Shown here: positions 56,704-64,000 of the stretch, piece after piece
How positions within the stretch are numbered: position 1 is the first letter of the stretch
Layout: each line of letters opens with the position of its first letter
Assembly: GCF_009914755.1 (NCBI RefSeq)
Contig: NC_060929.1
Strand: one strand, 5' to 3'
DNA length: 64,000 bases
From: the human T2T-CHM13v2.0 reference genome, Homo sapiens
The notes under the pieces: model-generated
What the model saw: only the letters and a program-made list of their open reading frames with translations
Told to the model about the DNA's origin: nothing
Database searches by the model: none
Position numbers and translations under genes: made by a program

Positions 56704-59700
56704 CAGAAAGCTTCTGTCTGATTTTTATTTGAAGATATTTCGTTTTTCACCACAGGCTTCAATGCACTCCCAAATCTCCCTTCGCAGATTCTACCAAAAA
56801 ATTGTTTCCAAAGTGATGAATGAAAAGTAAGGTTTAACTCTGTGAGATGAAGGCACACATCACAAAGCAGTTTCTCAGAAAGCTTTTCTCTAGTTTTTAC
56901 CTGGAGATATTTGCTTTTCCACCATAGGCCTCAATGCTCTCCAAAATAACCCTTCACAGACTCTGCCAATTGTGTGTTTCCAAAAGGCTCCATCAAAGGA
57001 AAAATTTATCACTGTTAAGTGAATGCACACATCACAAATCAGTGTCCCTTAGAAAGCTTCTTTCCAGTTTTTATCAGAAGATATCTCCTTTTTCACCATA
57101 GGGCTCTTTGCACTACTTAATATCACTTCACAAATTGTACAAAAATATTGTTTCCAAACAACTCTAAAAAAAGAAATGTTTAACTCTGTGTGATGAATGC
57201 ACACATCACAAAGCAGTTTCTCAAAAATCTTCTTTCTAGTTTTTATCTGAAGATATTTCCTTTTTAACCATGGGCTTCAATGTGCTCCCAAATATCACTT
57301 TGCAGATTCTACAAAAACAGTGTTTCTAAAAGGATCAGTCAAAAGAAAGTTTGAACTCTGTGAGATGAATGCAGATTTCACTGAGCAGTTTCTGAGAAAG
57401 CTTCTGTCTACTTCTTCTCTGATGATACTTCCTTTTCTGCTGTAGACCTCAATGCACTGCTAAATATCCCTTTGCAGATTCTACAAAAACAGAATTTCCA
57501 AGCTGTTCCATTAAAAGAAGGACTTAAGTCAGAGAGATGAACGCATACATCAAAAAGCAGTTTCTCATTACACCTTTTTCCAGTTTTTAACTGCAGATAT
57601 TTCCTTTTTCATCATAGGCTTTTCTGAGCTATGTAATATCGCCTTGCAGATTACCCAAAAACAGTGTTTCCAAACTGTTCCATCAAATGAAAGGTTTAAC
57701 TCTGTGCAATGAATGCACACATCACAAAACAGTTTCTCAAAAAGCTTCTTTCTAGTTTTAATCCATAGTTATTTATTTTTTTACCATAGGCTTCAATGCT
57801 TTCCCCATACACCATCTCAGATTCTACAAAAACAGTGTTTCCAAACTGGGCAATAAAAAATAACTTTAACTCTGTGAGATGAATGCACTCAAGTTTCTCA
57901 AAAAGCTTCTGTCTTATTTGTATCCAAAGATATTTCCTTTTTCACTATAGGCCTCAATGTGCTCCTAAATATAACTTTGCAGATTCTACAAAACAGTGTT
58001 TCCAAACATATCAATCAAAAGATATGTCTAACTCTATGAAAAGAATGCCCACATCACAAAGCTGTTTCTCAGAAGCTTCTTTCCAGTTTTGATCTGAAGA
58101 CGTTTCATTTTTCAGCATAGGCCACTTTATGCTAATTATTGTCACTTTGCAGTTCATCCAAAATGTGTTTCCAAAGTGCTCTATCAAAAGACAGGTTTAG
58201 CCCTGTGAGATGAATCCACACATCACAAAGCAGTTTTTCAGAAAGCTTCTTTCTAGTTTTTATCCGAAGATAATTCATTTTTGAATGTAGGCTTCAATGT
58301 GCTCCCAGATATCCCTTTGCAGATTCCTGAAAAACAGTGTTTCCAAAAGTCTCAATCAAAATAAAGGTTTAACTCTGTGAGATTAATGCAGACATTGCAA
58401 AGCTGTTTCTCATAAAGCTTCTGTCTAGTTCTTCTCTGATGATATTGCCTTTTCCATGATAGGCCTGAATGTGCTGCCAAATATCCCTTCACAGATTCTA
58501 CAATAAAAGAGTTTTCAAAGTGCTCCATCAAAAAAAGGACTTAAATCTGTGAGATGAATGCACACATCAGAAAGTAGTATCTCATAACGATTCTTTCCAG
58601 ATTTTATGTGAAGATATTTCCTTTTTCATCATAGGCTTTTTGAGCTACCTAATATTGCTTTGCAGATTACACAAAAACAGTGTTTGCAAACTGCTCAGTC
58701 TAATGAAATGTTTAACTCTGTGAGATGAATGTACACATCAAAATGCAGTTTCTCAAAAAGCTTCTTTCTAGTATTTATCTGAAGATATTTCCTTTTTCAT
58801 CATAGGCCTAACTGCACTTTCAAATATCCAATTGCAAATTCTACTTAAAGAGTGTTTCCAAACTGCTCAATCAAAAGAAATATTTAAATCTGTGTCAAGA
58901 ATGCACACATCAAAGAGCTGTTTCTTAGAAAGCTTTTTGTATTTTTTACCAGAGTTTATTTCCTTTTTCAATGTAGGCCTCATTACACTCCCAAATATTC
59001 CTTCAGCGATTCTACAAAAACAGTTTCCGAACTGTTCCATCAAAACAAGGACTTAAATCTGTGATATGAATGCACACATTAGAAAGCAGTTTCTCATAAC
59101 GCTTCTTTCCAGTTTATATCTAAAGATACTTCCTTTTTCAGCATGGGCCTTTTTGTGCTACCTAACATCACTTTGCAGATTACACATAAACAGTGTTTCC
59201 AAACTGCTCAATCAAAAGCCACGTTTAACTCTGAGAGGTGAATGCACGCATCACAAAGCAGTTTCTCAAAAATCTGCTTTCTAGTTTTTATCCGAAGATA
59301 TTTCCTTTATCACAATTGGCTTCAACATGCTCCCAAATATCCCTTTGCAGATTCTACAAAAACAGTGTTTCCAAACTGCTCAATCAAAAGATAGGTTTAA
59401 CTATGTGAGTTGAATGCACACTTCACAAAGCGGTTTCTCCAACAGCTTTTTTCCAGTTTTTACCCAAAGTTATTTCCCTTTTCACCATAGGCCACAGTGT
59501 GCTCCCAAATATCCCTTTGCAGATTCTACAAAAACAGTGCTTCCAAACTGCTCAATCAAAAGAAAGGTTTAACTCTGTCAGTAGAATGCACATGTCACAA
59601 AGCAGTTTCTCAGATAGATTATGTCTAGGTCTTCTCTGAAGATAATTCCTTTTCAAACATAGGCTTGAGTGCACTCCAAAATATACCTCTTCAGATTCTA

Positions 59701-62700
59701 TAAAAATATTGCTTCCAAACTGTTCCATCAAAAGAAGAATTTAATTCTCTGAGGTGAATGCATAAATCAGAAAGCAGTTTGCCATAACACTTCTTTCCAG
59801 GTTTTATCTGAAGTTACTTCCTGTTTCACAATAGGCTGTTTTGTGCTACTTAATATCTTTTCACAGATTTTTCAAAAAGAGTATTTCCAAACAGCTCAGT
59901 CAAAAGAAAAGTTTAACTCTGCGAGATGAATGCACATATCCAAAGCAGTTTCTCAAAAAGCTTCTTTCTAGTTTTTATCTGAAGTTATTTGCTTTTTCAC
60001 CGTAGGCCTTGTGTGCTGCCAAATATCCCTTTGCAGATTCTACAAAAACAGTGTTTCCAAACTACTCAATCAAAAGAAAAGTTTAACTCTGTGAGAAGAA
60101 TGCACACATCACACAACTGTTTCTCAGAAATATTCTTTCTAATTTTTATATTGAGATATTTCCTTTTTCACTGTAGTCCTCAATGCATTCCCTAATAATC
60201 CTTCACAGATTCTGAAAAAAGGGTGTTTCCAAATGGCACCATTAAAGGAAAAATTTATCAGTGTGAAATAAATGCCAACATCACAAATCAGTGTCTCAGA
60301 AAGCTTCTTTGTAGTTTTTATCTGATGACATTTCCTTTTTCACTGTAGACATCAGTGCACTCCAAAATATCCCTTTGCAGATTCTACAAAAACAGTGACT
60401 CTGAGCTGCTCAATCAAAAAAAACACGTTTAATTCTCTGAGAAGAATGCCCACATAGCAAAGCAGTTTCTCATAAAGCTTCTTTCTAGTTTTTAACTGAA
60501 GTTATTTCCTTTTTCACCAAAGGTGTCATGTTCTCAGAAGTATCCCTTCACAGATTCTGCAAAGTGTTTCCAAATTGCTCAATCAAAAGAATGGTCTAAC
60601 TGTGTGATATGAATGCACACATCAGAAAGCAGTTTCTCAGCCAGCTTCTGTCTAGTTCTTACCTGAAGATATTTCCTTTTCCACCATAGGCCTCAATGTG
60701 CTCCCAAATATCCCTTCGCAGATTCTACAAAAACAGTATTTCCAAACTGTTCCAACAAAAGTAGGACTTAACTCTGTGGGATGAACGTACTCATCAGAAG
60801 GCAGTTTCTCATAACTCTTATTTCCAGTTTTTATCTGAAGATATTTCCCTTTTCACCATATGCTTTTGTGCTAACTAATATCACTTCGCAGATTATATAA
60901 AAACAGAGTTTCCAAACTGCTCAGTGAAAAGAAAGGTATAACTCTGTGAGATGAATGCACACCTCAGAAAGCAGTTTCTCAAAAAGGTTCTTTCCAGTTT
61001 TTATCTGAAGATATTTCCTTTTCACCTTTGGCCTATCTGTGCTTTCAAGTATCCCATTGCAGATTTTATAAAAATAGTGTTTCCAAACTGCTCAATTAAA
61101 AGAAAGATTTAAATCTGTGAGAAGAATACACACATCACAAAACGGTTTCTCAGAAAGCCTCTTGGTAGTTTTTTTTCCAAATTCATTTCCTTTTTCATTA
61201 TAGACCTCAATGTGCTCCCATATATTCCATTGCAGATTCTACCAGAAGAGTTGTTTGAAACTTCTCTGTCAAAAGAAAGGTTTAACTCTGTCACATAAAT
61301 GCACACATCACAAAGTAGTTTCCCAGAAAGCTTCTTTCTAGTTTTTTTCTGGAGATATTACCTTTTTCACTGTAGGCCTCAAAGAGCTCCCAAATAACCC
61401 TTCACAGATGCTGCCAAAAGTGTTTTTCCAAATTGTGCCAGCAAAGGAAAGATTTAACACTGTGAAATGTATGCAGAAATCACAAATCAGTGTCTCAGAA
61501 AGATTCTTTCCAGTTTTTATTTGAAAATATTTCGTTTTTCACCATAGGCCTCTTTGCACTAGCTAATATCACTTTGCTGATTATACAAAAGCAGTGTTTC
61601 CAAATTGCTCTATATAAAAGAAAGGTTTAACTCTGTGAGATGAATGCACACATCAGAAAGCAGTTTCTCAAAAAGCTCCTTTCTAATTTTTAATGGAAGA
61701 TAATTCCTTTTTCACCATACCCTTCTATGCGATCCCAAATATCCCTTTGCAGATCCCACAAAAACAGTGTTTCCAAACTGCTCAAACAAAAAAAAGGTTT
61801 AACTCTGTGAGTTGAAGGCACATATGTGAAAGAATGTTCTCAAAAAGCTTCTTTCTAGTTTTTATCCTAAGATATTTCCTTTATCACCTTAGGCTTCAAT
61901 GCGCTCCCAAATATCCCTTTGCATATTCCACAAAACCAGTGTTTCCAAACTCCTCAATCAAAAGAAAGGTTTACCTTAACTCTGTGAGATGAATGCACAC
62001 ATCACAAACCAGTTTCTCAGAAAGCTTCTATCTAGTTCTTCAATGAAGATACTTCCTTTTCCACCTTAGGCCTCAATGCGCTCCAAAATTTTCCCTTGCA
62101 GATTCTACAAAAACACTGTTTCCAAATTGTTCCATCAAAAGAAGGACAACTCTGTTAGATGAATGTACAGATCAGAAAGCAGTTTCTCATAACACTTCTT
62201 TCCTGTTTTTATATGACAATAGTTCCTTTTTCACCATAGGCTTTTTTGTGCTACCTAATATCGCTTTTTAGATTATACAAAAACAGCGTTTCAAAACAGC
62301 TCAGTCAAAGGAAAGATTCAAATCTGTGTGGTGAATGGACACATCAAAAAGCCATTTCTCAACATGCTTCTATTTTTATCCAAATATATTTCCTTTTTCT
62401 CCATAGGCCTGAGATAAGTTCTGGCTAGTTATTCTCTGAAGATATTTCCTTTATCACCATAGGCTTCAATGGGCTGCCAAATATTCCATTGCAGATTCTA
62501 CAAAAAGACTGTTTCCAAACTGCTCAACAAACAGTGTTAAATTTGTGAGTTGAAGGCACATATCACAGAGCAGTTTCTCAGATAGCTTCTGTCTAGTTCT
62601 TCTCTGAAGATATATCCTTTTCCACCATAGGCCTCAATACGCTCACAAATATCCCTTCACAGATTCTATGAAACTGTTTCTGAACTCTTCCTTCAGAAGA

Positions 62701-64000
62701 AGGATTTATCACTGTGAGATGAACACACACATCAGAAAGCAGTTTCTCTTAATGCTTCTTTCCAGTTTCTATCTGAAATTAATTCCTTCTTCACCATAGG
62801 ACTTTTTGCGTTACTTAACATCAATTTGCAGATTATACAAAAACAGTGTTACCAAACTGCTCTGTCAAAAGAAAAGTTTGACTCTTTGAGATGAATGCAT
62901 ATATCACAAAGCAGTCTCTCAACATCTTCTTTCTAGTTTTCACTCTAAGATATTTCGTTTTTAACCATAGGCATCTGTGGGCTCCCAAATATCCCTTTGC
63001 AGATTCTACAAAAACAGTGTTTCCAAACTACTAAATTCAAATAAACATTTAACTTTGTGAGAAGAACACACACATCACAAAGAGATTTCACAGAAAGCTT
63101 CTTTATAGTTGTTATCTGAAGTTATTTCCATTTTCACCATAAGCCCCATGCACACCCAAATATCCCTCCACAGATGATTGTACAAAAACAGTGCTTCCAA
63201 ACTGCTCCATCTAAAGAAGGACTTTGTGAGATGAATGTACACATCAGAAAGCAGTTTCTCATAACGCTTCTTTACAGTTTTTATCTGTAGATATTTCCTG
63301 GTTCACCTTAGGCTTTTTTGTGCTTCCTGATATTGCTTCTCAGATTTTGCAATAACAGTGTTTCAAAATTGCTCCATTAATAGAAAGTTTTACCTCTGTG
63401 AGATGAATGCCCACTTCACAAAGCAGTTTCTCAAAAAGCTTCTTTCTAGTTTATATCCGAAGATATTTCCTTTTTCATCATAGGCCTTGTGCGCTCCCTA
63501 ATATCCCCTCACAGACTGTACAAAGCAGTGTTTCCAGACTGCTCATTCAAACTGAATGTTAACTCACTTCACTAAACAGTTGCTCAAAACTTCTTTGTAG
63601 TTTTCATCCAAGGATATTACCTTTTTCAACATAGGCCTCAATGTGCTCCCAAATATACTTTTGCAGACACTACAAAAACAGTGTTTCACAACTGCTCAAT
63701 CAAGAGAAAGGTTTAACTCTGTGAGATGAATGCACACATCTGAAAGCAGTTTCTTATAATGCTTCTTTCCAGATTTTATCTGAAGAAATTTCCTTGTTCA
63801 ACATAGGCCTTTTGTGTTACCTAACATCAATTCACAGATGATAAAAAAGAGTACTTCCAAACTGCTCCTTCAAAATAAAAGTTTAACTCTGTGAGATGAA
63901 TGCATCCATCACAAAGCAGTTTCTCAAAGAGCTTCCTTCTATTTTTTATCAGAATATATTTCATTTTTCACCAAAGGCATCAGTGTCTCCCAAATGTCCC
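56704..64000 (-). repeat. Alpha satellite, different monomeric family, reverse orientation
   Basis: The GTCCATTC..GAATGGAC monomer disappears. From ~56,980 AAACTGCTCAATCAAAAG / TGTTCCATCAAAAG replaces AAACTGCTGAATGAAAAG / TGCTGAATCCAAAG, and ~171 bp spacing is kept. Confidence 0.9.

Noticed and set aside
29615-63570. Scattered shortened monomers (~29,625, 34,240, 37,890, 62,410, 63,565)
   Set aside because: Ordinary deletions expected in decaying satellite, with no foreign inserted sequence identified.

Overview
Primate (most likely human or great-ape) pericentromeric DNA with no cellular genes. About 57.4 kb is diverged ~171-172 bp alpha satellite in which I saw no CENP-B boxes. From 1 to ~56,700 it is mostly an ancient alternating two-monomer (~343 bp) array; from ~56,700 to the end it is a different monomeric type. 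Satellite orientation flips three times (+ to - at ~5,480, - to + at ~14,718, + to - at ~47,980). Three retrotransposons interrupt it, each with target-site duplications (TSDs): a full-length but dead L1PA3-like LINE-1 (6,525-12,547), a young AluYa5-like element (19,880-20,185) and a 5'-truncated L1PA2-like 3' end (37,276-37,560, minus strand). The most interesting structure is hidden in the satellite: the inversion junction at ~5,480 and its flanks recur 42.5 kb later at ~47,980, and the second copy keeps the empty pre-insertion site of the L1. This orders the events as inversion, then duplication, then L1 insertion. I found no evidence of a novel protein-coding system; the short ORFs in the satellite are chance frames. 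All comparisons were made by eye, without computed alignments.
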